A stretch of DNA of 63,461 nt, filler included. It is 6 parts of 6 records of this genome, joined end to end, with 100 filler letters (N's around TTAATTAATTAA, not from the genome) between each part and the next. Parts side by side here need not be neighbours in the genome. Positions count along the whole stretch, not along the records: positions 1 to 5,846 come from SRR31156797_33521; positions 5,947 to 25,056 come from SRR31156797_33553; 4 more parts are not named here. One strand, given 5' to 3'. Below the pieces are notes generated by a model that saw only the letters and a program-made list of their open reading frames with translations, had not been told where the DNA came from and did not search any database. A program made the position numbers and the translations under genes. Positions 1 through 10,170 of this stretch are shown piece after piece (the stretch's first letter is position 1; each line of letters starts with the position of its first letter).

Positions 1-699
1 AGGGGTTTTAAGTTCATGCATAATATTTCGAATAAAGATATTTCTTGATTCTTTTATGGTTTTTAATTTTTGAACAGTATTATGAAACTCATTTGATAAA
101 AGAGAGATTTCATCTTTTTTATCACTCATACAATCGATATCAAACTCCTCTTTTGAAAGTTTTAAAACATTTTGATGTAAGGATTGTAATGGTTTTAGTT
201 TATTGATGATCATAAAATATAATAAGAGTAAGAGTAAGATAATAAAAAGAAAAATGATCACTATAGAAACTATAGGGGTTTGGGATGGATTAATATCTTT
301 TAAGATAAAAGTATCTATAGGGGTAAATATACCAATATATCTATTATTGTCTAATTTATATAGTTCAACATGGTTTCCACGTAGTTTAATCTTACCAAAG
401 AATTGTTTATTTTCATTATTAATGATCTTTGTTTTTTTATCTTCATTATTGATCCATACAAAGTTAAGTTGGGCTAGATACTCTTTAAATTCATTTTCTA
501 TAGTAAAATCACGATGTTTATATTCTCTTAATACCATTTTAGAGATATCAACAGAGCGCTTATGAATTAAAAATTGTTCCTTTTTTTGAGTCATCTCAAA
601 AAGTATATAAAAACTTATACTAATGATAAAAAAAGAGATGATAAAAGCTATATTGATAGTAAAAAAGATGGAGTTTTTATTGAGGTGATTTAAGTTCAT
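1..699 (-). CDS. Two-component sensor histidine kinase (ArsS-like; 2 TM, HAMP, HisKA), truncated at window edge
   Basis: Not in the ORF track. Manual translation from ATG at 699, which overlaps the regulator stop (ATGA): MNLNHLNKNSIFFTINIAFII...KDEISLLSNEF...RNIFIRNIMHELKTP (H-box). Confidence 0.9.
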   Translation of the reverse strand, partial: MNLNHLNKNSIFFTINIAFIISFFIISISFYILFEMTQKKEQFLIHKRSVDISKMVLREYKHRDFTIENEFKEYLAQLNFVWINNEDKKTKIINNENKQFFGKIKLRGNHVELYKLDNNRYIGIFTPIDTFILKDINPSQTPIVSIVIIFLFIILLLLLLYFMIINKLKPLQSLHQNVLKLSKEEFDIDCMSDKKDEISLLSNEFHNTVQKLKTIKESRNIFIRNIMHELKTP

Positions 700-1373
700 T
701 CTACTAATTTATATCCCATTCCACGTATTGTGATAAGATGTTCTGGTGTTTTTGGATTTGTTTCGATTTTTGTTCTTATCCTATTTATCAAAACAGCAAT
801 ACTTCCACTATTTTCATCAATATCTGTATTTTCTAAAATATCATAACGAGAGACGATAAATCCTTTACGTTTACAAAGTAGAGCCATGATCTGATATTCT
901 GCAGCAGTAAACTTTATATATTCATCCTCTTTCGTGATCTCTTGTTTCTCTTCATCTAAATGGAAGAGTTCATGGACTTTTTCTTCACTTTGAAGATTTA
1001 CCTCTTTTTGATATCGTCTTAGAATAGTTTTTATACGAACTTCAAGTTCCCTTGGATCATATGGTTTTGGAAGATAATCATCAGCTCCAAGCTCTAAAGC
1101 AGTCACTTTATCAGTAATATCACTTCTTGCACTTGAAATGATAATAGGGATATCATAAGCTTTGACAAGCTTTTTACACACTTCCAATCCATCAAGTCCA
1201 GGAAGAGTAAGATCTAAAATGATTAGATCATACTCTTTGTGTTTCAGTTCAATTGAGCTTAAAGCTATAAATGGATCTTCAAAGTTTTCTACGATGATAT
1301 TAAACCTTGAGAGATAATCACTTAAAAGCTCAGCAAGCTCAGTATCATCCTCTACCATTGCAATTTTTAGCAT
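696..1373 (-). CDS. OmpR-family response regulator, cognate to the adjacent kinase
   Basis: REC domain (VEDD, DLTLPGLDG, ADDYLPKP) plus winged helix (TIRGMGYK). Start moved from 1433 to ATG 1373, which follows an AAGGA RBS. Confidence 0.93.
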   Translation of the reverse strand: MLKIAMVEDDTELAELLSDYLSRFNIIVENFEDPFIALSSIELKHKEYDLIILDLTLPGLDGLEVCKKLVKAYDIPIIISSARSDITDKVTALELGADDYLPKPYDPRELEVRIKTILRRYQKEVNLQSEEKVHELFHLDEEKQEITKEDEYIKFTAAEYQIMALLCKRKGFIVSRYDILENTDIDENSGSIAVLINRIRTKIETNPKTPEHLITIRGMGYKLVE

Positions 1374-1839
1374 TACAATCTTTTCCTTTAAATTTATTTG
1401 CCATTTTTTTCTGTTGTAAGTTTTGCATATCAAGAAGCGTTTTTAGATCTTTTTTTTGTGAAGCATCTAAAAGAGCATAAATTTTTTCAATTGTTTGTGC
1501 TTTTTGCTCTATTCTTGATTCTCTTTGTTCTTTCATTAGTTTAACAAACTTCCCTTTATCAAACTCTTTTGCAGTAAATGCAATTGATGGGCCTTGTCTA
1601 CTCTCTCTTGCTTCTTTTAAGATAGCAGCTATTTTTTCTTTTTGTTCAGATGAAAGCTCAAGTTGCATAATTGCACCAATGATATGTCCACCTTTTTTAT
1701 GATGTTTCATTTTCATCATTTTGTGGTGTTTGTTTTTCATATCACATCCCCCTCTATCCATTCCATACGCATATGCTGCAGATGATAAAAGTGTAAGGGC
1801 ACTGAGTCCTAAGATGATTTTCTTTGTTGTTGTTTTCAT
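1345..1839 (-). CDS. Spy/CpxP-family periplasmic chaperone
   Basis: Signal peptide, His/Met-rich linker, two LTxxQ-like motifs (LELSSEQK, LLDASQK), directly upstream of a two-component pair. Confidence 0.8.
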   Translation of the reverse strand: MKTTTKKIILGLSALTLLSSAAYAYGMDRGGCDMKNKHHKMMKMKHHKKGGHIIGAIMQLELSSEQKEKIAAILKEARESRQGPSIAFTAKEFDKGKFVKLMKEQRESRIEQKAQTIEKIYALLDASQKKDLKTLLDMQNLQQKKMANKFKGKDCNAKNCNGRG

Positions 1840-1921
1840 TTTGTATCCTTTATGTTTTGATAAACAAATTATAAAATATTCAGATTAACTAATAGTAAAT
1901 TAAACATTAACAAAATATTAA

Positions 1922-2413
1922 TCACTTCTCTAAAATTAAATCTACGATTTTAAAAGGGGAAACATTATTGTTTTTTGCAAGTTGTCTAATTGTTGTTTCC
2001 TCATTTAAAGTAAGATTATTATTTTTGAGTTTTTCTTCTAAAAGTTCCATATCATTTCCTAAGATTGCTACGGCATCTTCAATTGGAGCATTTAAAACTG
2101 TATTGATGATCGCAAGTTTTGGGTTTGGACGATCAGCATTTGCACTATTTGGAATAATGAAAGCTAGAGATACTATTAATACAACTACAGATGAAGCTAA
2201 AAAGATCTTATTTGAAAAGTATCGTTTCATTGCATTAAAATTGAAGATCACATGAAAAAGAGCTGATACTACAAAGACCAGACCTAAAATCTCATGCATC
2301 TCTTTTACTGAACGTTCAAAGATATGAAAATAAAGAAATACTCCAGAAGTACCTACTACGAAAAAAACAAGTGCTGTGAGACTTGTTGCCAGTGTTTTTT
2401 GATGTTTTTTCAT
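1922..2413 (-). CDS. DUF4405-like membrane protein
   Basis: TM helices with the 'SG..L' and 'HE..G......HV..N' His pattern typical of this family. Confidence 0.7.
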   Translation of the reverse strand: MKKHQKTLATSLTALVFFVVGTSGVFLYFHIFERSVKEMHEILGLVFVVSALFHVIFNFNAMKRYFSNKIFLASSVVVLIVSLAFIIPNSANADRPNPKLAIINTVLNAPIEDAVAILGNDMELLEEKLKNNNLTLNEETTIRQLAKNNNVSPFKIVDLILEK

Positions 2414-2481
2414 GTTATTATCCTTTTGTTTTAGTTTGAGAGGATAATAACAAAGCTAGTTAAATGGTTTATTAATAAAGT

Positions 2482-3381
2482 TTATCTTGATAAAAGCTTT
2501 TGAGCTATAGGGTGCATATTATCAAGCTCTAAGGTTTTATTTTTATAGGCTTCTCTCCATTTTGGATTTCCTTGTTTAATCAATTGGGTATAGTTTTTTA
2601 AAACAATTTTTAAAAATATCTCAATAGATTGATTGTATTTCTCTTTTACGAGATTTGTTACGATAACACTTGGTACTTTGTAGCCCTTAATTGATCTATT
2701 TAACCATTTGTATTGTTTTTGAGAAAATGATGTTGGAATATACGATCTACTAAGTGTATCATTTTTAGGTAGCTCTACTAGATCAAGACCTGTAATGTTT
2801 TTATATTTGTCACTAGGAAGCGCAATCACATCAATATAAAGATCTAAAATCCCATCTTGAAGATATTTTTTTGCTTCATTAAAGCCTGTAAATACATATT
2901 TAAAACGTATCCCATACGCTTTTTCTAAAATATGAGCAGTAATGGCTGCTCCACTTTTTCTACTAGATACTCCAACTTTTAAAAAGCCACCTCTTTGAAA
3001 CTTGATATTATTTCCTTTTTTGGAAAATAGATGAATATGCTCACTATATAAAGGAAGTATCACTTTGATTTTTTCTTTAAGATCTTCTCTTGTATTTTTA
3101 AAATGCGAAAATCTATAAAAATCTAAAGCATCGTTTTGAACTATTGCCCAGCTGGCTTTTTTAGATTTATTTTTCCCAACTAAAATATCTAAGTTCTCTA
3201 AAGAGCCTTTAGAAGAGAGAACAGGAAGATCAGCTTTATACTTTTTAAAAGTTGCAGAGAGATCATTTCCTATTTTTATATAGGTTCCTGTATTTGAGCC
3301 TGTTGCTATGGCACCAAAATAAGAGTTTGCGTATATTGCAGCTGTACAAAAAAGTACAAATATGAGATTACGAAAAAACAT
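2482..3381 (-). CDS. TAXI-family TRAP solute-binding protein
   Basis: IATGSNTGTY...SKGSLENL...AIVQND...LPLYSEHIHL motifs; signal peptide. Confidence 0.85.
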   Translation of the reverse strand: MFFRNLIFVLFCTAAIYANSYFGAIATGSNTGTYIKIGNDLSATFKKYKADLPVLSSKGSLENLDILVGKNKSKKASWAIVQNDALDFYRFSHFKNTREDLKEKIKVILPLYSEHIHLFSKKGNNIKFQRGGFLKVGVSSRKSGAAITAHILEKAYGIRFKYVFTGFNEAKKYLQDGILDLYIDVIALPSDKYKNITGLDLVELPKNDTLSRSYIPTSFSQKQYKWLNRSIKGYKVPSVIVTNLVKEKYNQSIEIFLKIVLKNYTQLIKQGNPKWREAYKNKTLELDNMHPIAQKLLSR

Positions 3382-3480
3382 CTTAGACCCCTTTTTTCAA
3401 AATATACTTTAATTTTAACTAATATTTTATAAAGTACTTGTAAAATATGTTAATTTATAAAATAGTTTGAAGGTTCATAA

Positions 3481-4167
3481 ATGATAGGTTTAGAGGGTGT
3501 AAAAGTTTTATATGCAGAAGATGAAAAAGAGCTTCGAGATGTGATGGTGAATATTTTGAAACTTTTTTTAGACGATATTCTTGTAGCAGTTGATGGAGAG
3601 GAAGCGTATGCTATATATAAAGAACAAAAACCTGATATTATTATTGCAGATATTAATATGCCTAATCTCAATGGGATCGATTTTATAAAAAGAGTTAGAA
3701 AAAATGATCATAATACCCGAGTTATTATGCTTACTGCTCACTCAGAGGTTGATTATCTCTTAGAATCAACAGAACTCAAACTTACAAAATATCTTTTAAA
3801 ACCAGTAAAAGGCAAAGACCTAGAAGAAGCTTTGCAATTAGCCTTTAAAGAGTTAAAAAGCTTCCGTGTAACAAATACAAAAAGCTTAACTTTAGAAGAG
3901 GATTTTATTTGGGACTTTAAAGAACAAGTATTGCTTCAAAATGATGAAGAGATCCATTTAACTCCAAAAGAGAGAAAGATATTAAACCTACTTTTTTCTA
4001 ATCTCAATACTACCATTACTTACGATATGCTTATAGATGTGGTATGGGAAGACCAAGAGATCTATGGAGTAGATTCTATTAAGACCATGATCAAAAATTT
4101 ACGAAAAAAACTTCCAAAAGATACCATAAGTAATGTATATGGTGCTGGATTTAAAGTAGTTAAATAA
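3481..4167 (+). CDS. Response regulator (REC + winged helix)
   Basis: LYAEDE, DINMPNLNG, KYLLKP; C-terminal NVYGAGF. Confidence 0.92.
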   Translation: MIGLEGVKVLYAEDEKELRDVMVNILKLFLDDILVAVDGEEAYAIYKEQKPDIIIADINMPNLNGIDFIKRVRKNDHNTRVIMLTAHSEVDYLLESTELKLTKYLLKPVKGKDLEEALQLAFKELKSFRVTNTKSLTLEEDFIWDFKEQVLLQNDEEIHLTPKERKILNLLFSNLNTTITYDMLIDVVWEDQEIYGVDSIKTMIKNLRKKLPKDTISNVYGAGFKVVK

Positions 4168-4298
4168 AGACTAAAATAATTTAATATTAATACAATATAA
4201 AAAACACAAAGAACTTATCAAAATTATTTTTAAATATAAATCAGCTAGATACAATACTCTAAAAGAATACTTTTTATTTTAAATGCAAGGATACACCT

Positions 4299-5810
4299 GT
4301 GAAAAAAGTTCTTATAAACTATAAAACAAGAATCATAATGATACTTTTAACAGGTTTTATAATAGTTAGTATAATTACTGCTATAGCAGGGTATAGCATC
4401 TATAAAAATACACTTTTAGAGTATAACGAAGAAGCCAATAAGATCATAAGAATATACGAAAATAGCTATAACAATATTATGAAAGATTTAGAGTATCTAA
4501 AACTTATCAATTTTTCAAAATCAAATGAAAATATAATACAACAATTTGAAAAAATCGCCACACTTATATATGAGAAAAATCATTTTATAAATGGAATAGG
4601 TTTAGTAAAACAGTTTAAAATAGAGAACCTACACGAAGAAAATGAAACTTTAAAAACCTTAACTGGTAAAAAAGATATCAAGATTGTACCACTTATTGAA
4701 CTCCTTCAAAATGCTACTCCAGCAAAAGAAGATGATTTATATTCTGTATTAGTACATAGGTTACCTAAAAAACTTCAAAAAGATATTATTGGAGTAGAGC
4801 TTTCTAGTGAACATAATAGACAAGTGATCATTGCTAGTATGAACTTTACAGATAGGTATTATTTAACGGCACCTGTTGGACTAGTAAATGATCGATTAAA
4901 GGGGTTTAAATATAGCTCTGTGTTATATTATCCATTATTAAAAGAGGAAAATGGAAAATATTACAAGTGGTTTGTAACTGTTCCAATGACCAGTCAAAAG
5001 ATATTAAACTCATTTTTTAAAGAATACTATAATATAAACAATTTTACGATCCATATTTATGATAGAAGTGATGAACATGATAAAAAACATATCTGTATTT
5101 GTAGTAATAGTGATGAACTACACCCTACACAAGTAGGAAAATATATCGTTAAAAGTCATCTTTTTCATTTTGCTAATAGAGAACGTAAAATGCTTATAAC
5201 CACAGATCAGTTATTTTCATTTGAGAGATATTGGACAGTAGTTTTAGGCTTTATAAGTGGAGTTTTTTTCCTTATAGGAGTTGGGTATTATCTTTTTTAT
5301 AAAGAACAAAAAGAGATGCAGATACGACAACTTTCACGTACAGATCATCTTACACAAGTATATAATAGAATATATTTCGATGAACAAGTGGAGCACTTTA
5401 TAGAACAAAACAAAAGATATGAACAACAATTTTCTCTTATCCTTTTAGATATAGACCATTTTAAAATGATCAATGATAAGTTTGGTCATACAAAAGGGGA
5501 TGAGGTATTGGTCCAACTCTCAAAGCTTATCTCGTCATCTATTAGAAAATCAGATGTGATAGCAAGATGGGGAGGGGAAGAGTTTGCGATACTTTTACCA
5601 AATACATCACTAGATATCGCTACAAAGATAGCTGCAAAACTACGAAAAACAATTGAACATCATAATTTTTGTACACAATTTAATATAACGTGTAGTTTTG
5701 GAATAACTCAAATAGATAAAAAAGACAAACTAGTTACCCTTTTTAATAGATCAGATAGTGCTTTATATAAGGCAAAAGAGAATGGAAGAAACCGAATTGA
5801 GACAGCCTAA
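4299..5810 (+). CDS. Membrane diguanylate cyclase with CHASE-like periplasmic domain
   Basis: Two TMs; CHASE-like segment (IGVELSSEHNR...LTAPVGLV); DIDHFK, RKSD I-site, intact GGEEF. Confidence 0.9.
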   Translation: MKKVLINYKTRIIMILLTGFIIVSIITAIAGYSIYKNTLLEYNEEANKIIRIYENSYNNIMKDLEYLKLINFSKSNENIIQQFEKIATLIYEKNHFINGIGLVKQFKIENLHEENETLKTLTGKKDIKIVPLIELLQNATPAKEDDLYSVLVHRLPKKLQKDIIGVELSSEHNRQVIIASMNFTDRYYLTAPVGLVNDRLKGFKYSSVLYYPLLKEENGKYYKWFVTVPMTSQKILNSFFKEYYNINNFTIHIYDRSDEHDKKHICICSNSDELHPTQVGKYIVKSHLFHFANRERKMLITTDQLFSFERYWTVVLGFISGVFFLIGVGYYLFYKEQKEMQIRQLSRTDHLTQVYNRIYFDEQVEHFIEQNKRYEQQFSLILLDIDHFKMINDKFGHTKGDEVLVQLSKLISSSIRKSDVIARWGGEEFAILLPNTSLDIATKIAAKLRKTIEHHNFCTQFNITCSFGITQIDKKDKLVTLFNRSDSALYKAKENGRNRIETA

Positions 5811-5846
5811 ACAATAAAATTTCAAATCTTCACTATTTGCTCACTA

Positions 5847-5946
5847 NNNNNNNNNNNNNNNNNNNNNNNNNNNNNNNNNNNNNNNNNNNNTTAATTAATT
5901 AANNNNNNNNNNNNNNNNNNNNNNNNNNNNNNNNNNNNNNNNNNNN
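5847..5946. other. Artificial contig spacer
   Basis: 44 N + TTAATTAATTAA (stop in all six frames) + 44 N. Confidence 0.99.
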
Positions 5947-5974
5947 ACGGAATTCATTCCGTAGTGGTTCAGTT

Positions 5975-8539
5975 TTAGTTAAAATATTTTCTTTTTACCT
6001 GATTTCTTCTTGCCACCAAATCCGAAGCTTGAAGAACCTTGTTTTTTAAATCAAGCGGAAACTGAGGGTGATCTTTAAAAAAGTAATCAATGATTTTTAA
6101 AGATTCATTTGAACTATATCCTCTTAACGTGTTGTTTAACCATCCGGCAGGAAAGAATATATCACCAGTTTCTTTTATTTCTTCGGTTAATGATAGCGCA
6201 GGCTCCAGATACTTTAATTCTCTTTCGTTATGATAAGGATGATGCAGGAATGCGATGGCGTTTAACACCCAGTTTTCCTTTTGTCGGAATTCTTTTTGTT
6301 GAAGTTGGTTGAAAAAATTATTACGAATCTCTTCATTAATAGAAAATACAGGACTGATAAAATCCATTTCTTTACTCAGGTTCTCATCTTTAATTTGTTG
6401 AGCAATATTTTGCAGGTACTCATCATTAATCTCACTATCTTTTAATGCTAATTGGTATGATGCTCTACATATTTCTCTATCGGAAAGATCTATTTTTTCA
6501 ACTGATCCTTTTTTGATAATTTTTTTAAGCTCTTTTAAAGCAGAAGGACTTATGACGATATTAGACCAGGTTTCGAACAGAAGTTTTTTCGAACCGGAAA
6601 TATTGGTATTACTCATTTTTTTCCGGATTGTATTTTCAAGAGAAGATGCTATTTTTTCCCTTTCTGCAGAAGGAATCATTTCCCAATAGATCGTTTTTAA
6701 TTGACGACATTCTAAGGTTAGCAGTTGTTGATTTTCTTCGGAATGAATAAAGTTTTGCAAGGCCTTAATGTAATTGATCGGATGAATATTGCCATGCAAA
6801 AGATTTTCATAAAGCTGCACCAACACACCACCTTTCATTAAATCAGATTCAAAATTTTGCAGGTTTTTTAAAGTATAATCAATCGCATCCTGATTCATTA
6901 AAAATAAACCATAACCATTTTCATCAATTCCGGGAATGATAATATTCGGAGAAACAATTGAGCTGTCTAAAACTGTTTTTGCTGACAATATTTCCAACTC
7001 TTCTTTTTGCAAGATAGAGTCATTTAAATAAGCAAAAGAGATTCTTTGAGCCCAAACCTTGCTACTATCGCTATGCTCCGGTTGTTGTATGGCAAAACAT
7101 TGATCGTTTTCTTCAGTAAATTGTATAATTGGTCTACCAGCTGCATACACCCATGTGTTACTCCAAAGTTGTAAATCATATTCAGAATGATTATTCAATA
7201 TCTCCATTAATTGTTTCCAGGTGGCATTACTGTAGCTGTATTGTTTTAGATATTCGGATAACCCCTTTTGTAATATTTCTTTGCCGGCAAGGTTTTCTAA
7301 TTGTTTCATCATAATGGGAGCCTTGTGGTAAATAATACTACCATACATAGAACCTGCATCCTTTAAATTTTCCAAATCTTGTTGAATCGGATTGGCTCCA
7401 ATGGTGCGGTCAACCGCATAAGAGCTTGGAAAATGAGCTCTTAAAAAGGTTAGTTGATGATTTAAATTGGGAAACTGTTGCTCAACTATTTTATCAGCCA
7501 TGAAATTAGCAAACACTTCTTTTTGCCATACGCCACTAAACCATTTCATGGTAACTAAATCTCCAAACCATAAGTGAGCTGTTTCGTGAGCAAGCAACTG
7601 CGCTCTTCTTAAAAGTTGTTGTTGAGTTGGATTTTCGCTTAAAAACAATAATTCCGATCGGTAATAAATAGCACCAGGATGCTCCATTCCTGAAAATTGA
7701 AACGAAGGAATACACACCAAATTGTAATTTTCAAAAGGAATAGGAATTTGCGTATAATCCTCAAGCCAATCAATAGCATGAAACACTTGCTTAAAAATAG
7801 CCTTAAGGTTGCTCTCCACTTTATCCGGATCGTTTTCCATGTGGTATAAGGTTATTTTTCGGTTATTTTGTTCCATTGTCACTTCCTGAAAATCGCCCAC
7901 AGCAAAGGCCCATAGATAGGTACTGATAGGTTTTGTGGTCGAAAAACCTATTTTTTTTCTGTTATTCGGTAAATCTTCATAAAAATCCTGCTGTCCATTG
8001 GTAATAGCCGTTAGTTGTTTGGGCATTTCAATTTCGTAAGTTACCGAAGCTTTCATATCCGGTTGATCGAAACACGGAATAGCTGTTCTTGCTTTGGCCG
8101 GGACAAACAAAGAATAAAAGTAATTTTCGTTACGGTTTAAGGCATCATCACTTAAAATAAAACTAATTTCTAATTGGTTTTTTCCTTCTGTTAAAAAGCG
8201 ATGCGGAATAATCAAGTGTTCGTTCTCTATAGTGAAGAATGCTTTTTGATCGTTAGCTATTACTGATTTTACCTGTTCCGGTTTTGCTTTAAAATCTAAT
8301 ACAAGGTCGGATGCGGGATTGGCTTTATTTAAGGTGATAACCGAAGTACCCTTAATTTCAGCTTGCATATCGTCAGGAACGAACAGGGTTAATTTGTAAT
8401 CAACATCTGATAAATCTTGGAATCTTTCCTGAGCGAGGCTTAAAGAAACACCAGGTTGATATATCTTATTTTCGACTGGCTTTTTACATGCTGTAACAAT
8501 GCTTAAAATGACTATCAATAAGGCTATATTTCGATACAT
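5975..8539 (-). CDS. M1-family zinc aminopeptidase (PepN-like), predicted lipoprotein
   Basis: SGMEH (GAMEN-like), HETAH and downstream E (WQKEVFA). Likely start at 8539, MYRNIALLIVILSIVTAC, with a lipobox. Confidence 0.92.
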   Translation of the reverse strand: MYRNIALLIVILSIVTACKKPVENKIYQPGVSLSLAQERFQDLSDVDYKLTLFVPDDMQAEIKGTSVITLNKANPASDLVLDFKAKPEQVKSVIANDQKAFFTIENEHLIIPHRFLTEGKNQLEISFILSDDALNRNENYFYSLFVPAKARTAIPCFDQPDMKASVTYEIEMPKQLTAITNGQQDFYEDLPNNRKKIGFSTTKPISTYLWAFAVGDFQEVTMEQNNRKITLYHMENDPDKVESNLKAIFKQVFHAIDWLEDYTQIPIPFENYNLVCIPSFQFSGMEHPGAIYYRSELLFLSENPTQQQLLRRAQLLAHETAHLWFGDLVTMKWFSGVWQKEVFANFMADKIVEQQFPNLNHQLTFLRAHFPSSYAVDRTIGANPIQQDLENLKDAGSMYGSIIYHKAPIMMKQLENLAGKEILQKGLSEYLKQYSYSNATWKQLMEILNNHSEYDLQLWSNTWVYAAGRPIIQFTEENDQCFAIQQPEHSDSSKVWAQRISFAYLNDSILQKEELEILSAKTVLDSSIVSPNIIIPGIDENGYGLFLMNQDAIDYTLKNLQNFESDLMKGGVLVQLYENLLHGNIHPINYIKALQNFIHSEENQQLLTLECRQLKTIYWEMIPSAEREKIASSLENTIRKKMSNTNISGSKKLLFETWSNIVISPSALKELKKIIKKGSVEKIDLSDREICRASYQLALKDSEINDEYLQNIAQQIKDENLSKEMDFISPVFSINEEIRNNFFNQLQQKEFRQKENWVLNAIAFLHHPYHNERELKYLEPALSLTEEIKETGDIFFPAGWLNNTLRGYSSNESLKIIDYFFKDHPQFPLDLKNKVLQASDLVARRNQVKRKYFN

Positions 8540-8693
8540 AGTGGAATGTTTTTTGTTGAAGAAGGTAAATATAAGCATTTCCGCTATCATCAAAACTTAA
8601 GGTTTTTCAATTTAATTTTTTATAACAGTGGAGTAGAGTCGAATGAATATTTTTTACTTTTAGGAAATGCAGTTCAATATTACTGGATTTTAA

Positions 8694-8927
8694 ATGATAC
8701 AAAGCAGAATCATAGAAATTTTTTCTGGTACATTATGGGAAGCTGAAATGGTAAAGAGTTTACTGGAATCTGCCGGAATAAACTCATTTCTTAAAAATAG
8801 TGTCTTAAATTCTTATGCATTGGAACCGATAAAATCCGAAGGTGTGCAGGTTATGATTGTGGAGTCGGACTTAACTTCAGCAGTAGCTATAGTTGAACAA
8901 TTTAAACAAAACAGAAATAAAAAATAA
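8694..8927 (+). CDS. DUF2007-like small protein
   Basis: 'FSGTLWEAEMVKSLLESAGI.SFLKN...GVQVMI' pattern. Confidence 0.75.
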   Translation: MIQSRIIEIFSGTLWEAEMVKSLLESAGINSFLKNSVLNSYALEPIKSEGVQVMIVESDLTSAVAIVEQFKQNRNKK

Positions 8928-8950
8928 ACTTCCACAACCAAGTCATTTCT

Positions 8951-10066
8951 ATGAAACAAACGTTACTTCTACTTTTTCTACTCATCGCAACTTATGGATA
9001 TTCTCAGCAAATAGAGGGAGTTATTTTGGATGCAAAAACAAATCAACCAGTTCCATTTGCTACTATTTATTTGAATGGAACTACTTATGGAACAATTAGC
9101 GATTCTATTGGGCATTTTTCATTGAATTATAAAGAATTTAGAGGAGAAGTTGTTTTTAACCATGTAAGTTATGAGTCGGTTGTAAAAAAAATTAATCAGC
9201 TTAAGCTTGATGAGATACTTATTTATTTGCAGCCTAAAACTGTTGAAATTTCATCGGTATCAGTAGAAACAAAAGGGTTACGACAAAAAAATATGGATTA
9301 TTTTAAATCTATCTTTCTGGGAAGCGATCAATGGGGAAATAAAGCAAGTATCTTGAATGATAGTGTATTGTTTTTTAATATAGAATATCGAGATGTCGTT
9401 TATGAGGATGATACTACAAAGGTGAAATCTCATTTTGAAGTGAAAGCGGATGTTCCTTTGCAAATTTCTTTGCCCGCACTTGGATATATTTTGGAATATG
9501 ATCTGGTGAGATTTACAGAGAATTATGATTCGGTATTGAATTCAAATGTGATAAAAAATTATGGGCATTTCTTTTTTAAGGAAGTGGATATCAAATCTAA
9601 ACGACAAAAAATAAGAATTCATAAAAAACGCTTGAAAGCCTATTATAACTCAACTATGCATTTTATGCGATCTGTATATCAGAATCAACTGAATGAAAAT
9701 GGTTATCTGGTTTATAAAAGACAAGAGCCTAATGATACTATTAAAGTAAGAAAATTAGAGCGAGTGGATTTAAAGCCAGATTCAATTAGTACGCATAACT
9801 CGAATATGGACAAAACCATTAGTGGTTTGAGAGGCAGTAAGCTTTTTATAGAGTACTATGAATACGGAAATAAACCAGTTTTCGTTGATAAACCAAACAA
9901 GAGTTTGTACAAGGTACATTACTCTAAATTATTTATTATCGCAGATACCTGTGAACTCCGAAAAGATGGAACGATGGCTGGAGGAGAGTATGTTTTTAAA
10001 GGAGATATAATTGCCAAGAGAATAGGTGCTGCTTTGCCTTCTAATTTTAATCCGGATACAAATTAA
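8951..10066 (+). CDS. Secreted protein with N-terminal carboxypeptidase-regulatory-like (CarbopepD_reg_2) domain
   Basis: Signal peptide then IEGVILDAKTNQPVPFATIYLNGTTYGTISD..G.F. Confidence 0.85.
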   Translation: MKQTLLLLFLLIATYGYSQQIEGVILDAKTNQPVPFATIYLNGTTYGTISDSIGHFSLNYKEFRGEVVFNHVSYESVVKKINQLKLDEILIYLQPKTVEISSVSVETKGLRQKNMDYFKSIFLGSDQWGNKASILNDSVLFFNIEYRDVVYEDDTTKVKSHFEVKADVPLQISLPALGYILEYDLVRFTENYDSVLNSNVIKNYGHFFFKEVDIKSKRQKIRIHKKRLKAYYNSTMHFMRSVYQNQLNENGYLVYKRQEPNDTIKVRKLERVDLKPDSISTHNSNMDKTISGLRGSKLFIEYYEYGNKPVFVDKPNKSLYKVHYSKLFIIADTCELRKDGTMAGGEYVFKGDIIAKRIGAALPSNFNPDTN

Positions 10067-10170
10067 TTAATTGTAAAGATTATATATCTATAAAAAAGAG
10101 TAGTTGGTCGATTGTAGTTGGGTGAGTTTTGGTTTCCATATAATATTGCACAAAAATAAATATTAATAAA

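Noticed and set aside
203-565. 120-aa plus-strand ORF
   Set aside because: Antisense shadow of the histidine kinase at 1-699 (-).
1880-1915. TTAA-type direct repeats upstream of the Spy/CpxP gene as a regulator box
   Set aside because: Cannot be distinguished from chance in such AT-rich sequence.
5891-5902. Recurring TTAATTAATTAA motif
   Set aside because: Artificial six-frame-stop linker within N spacers.
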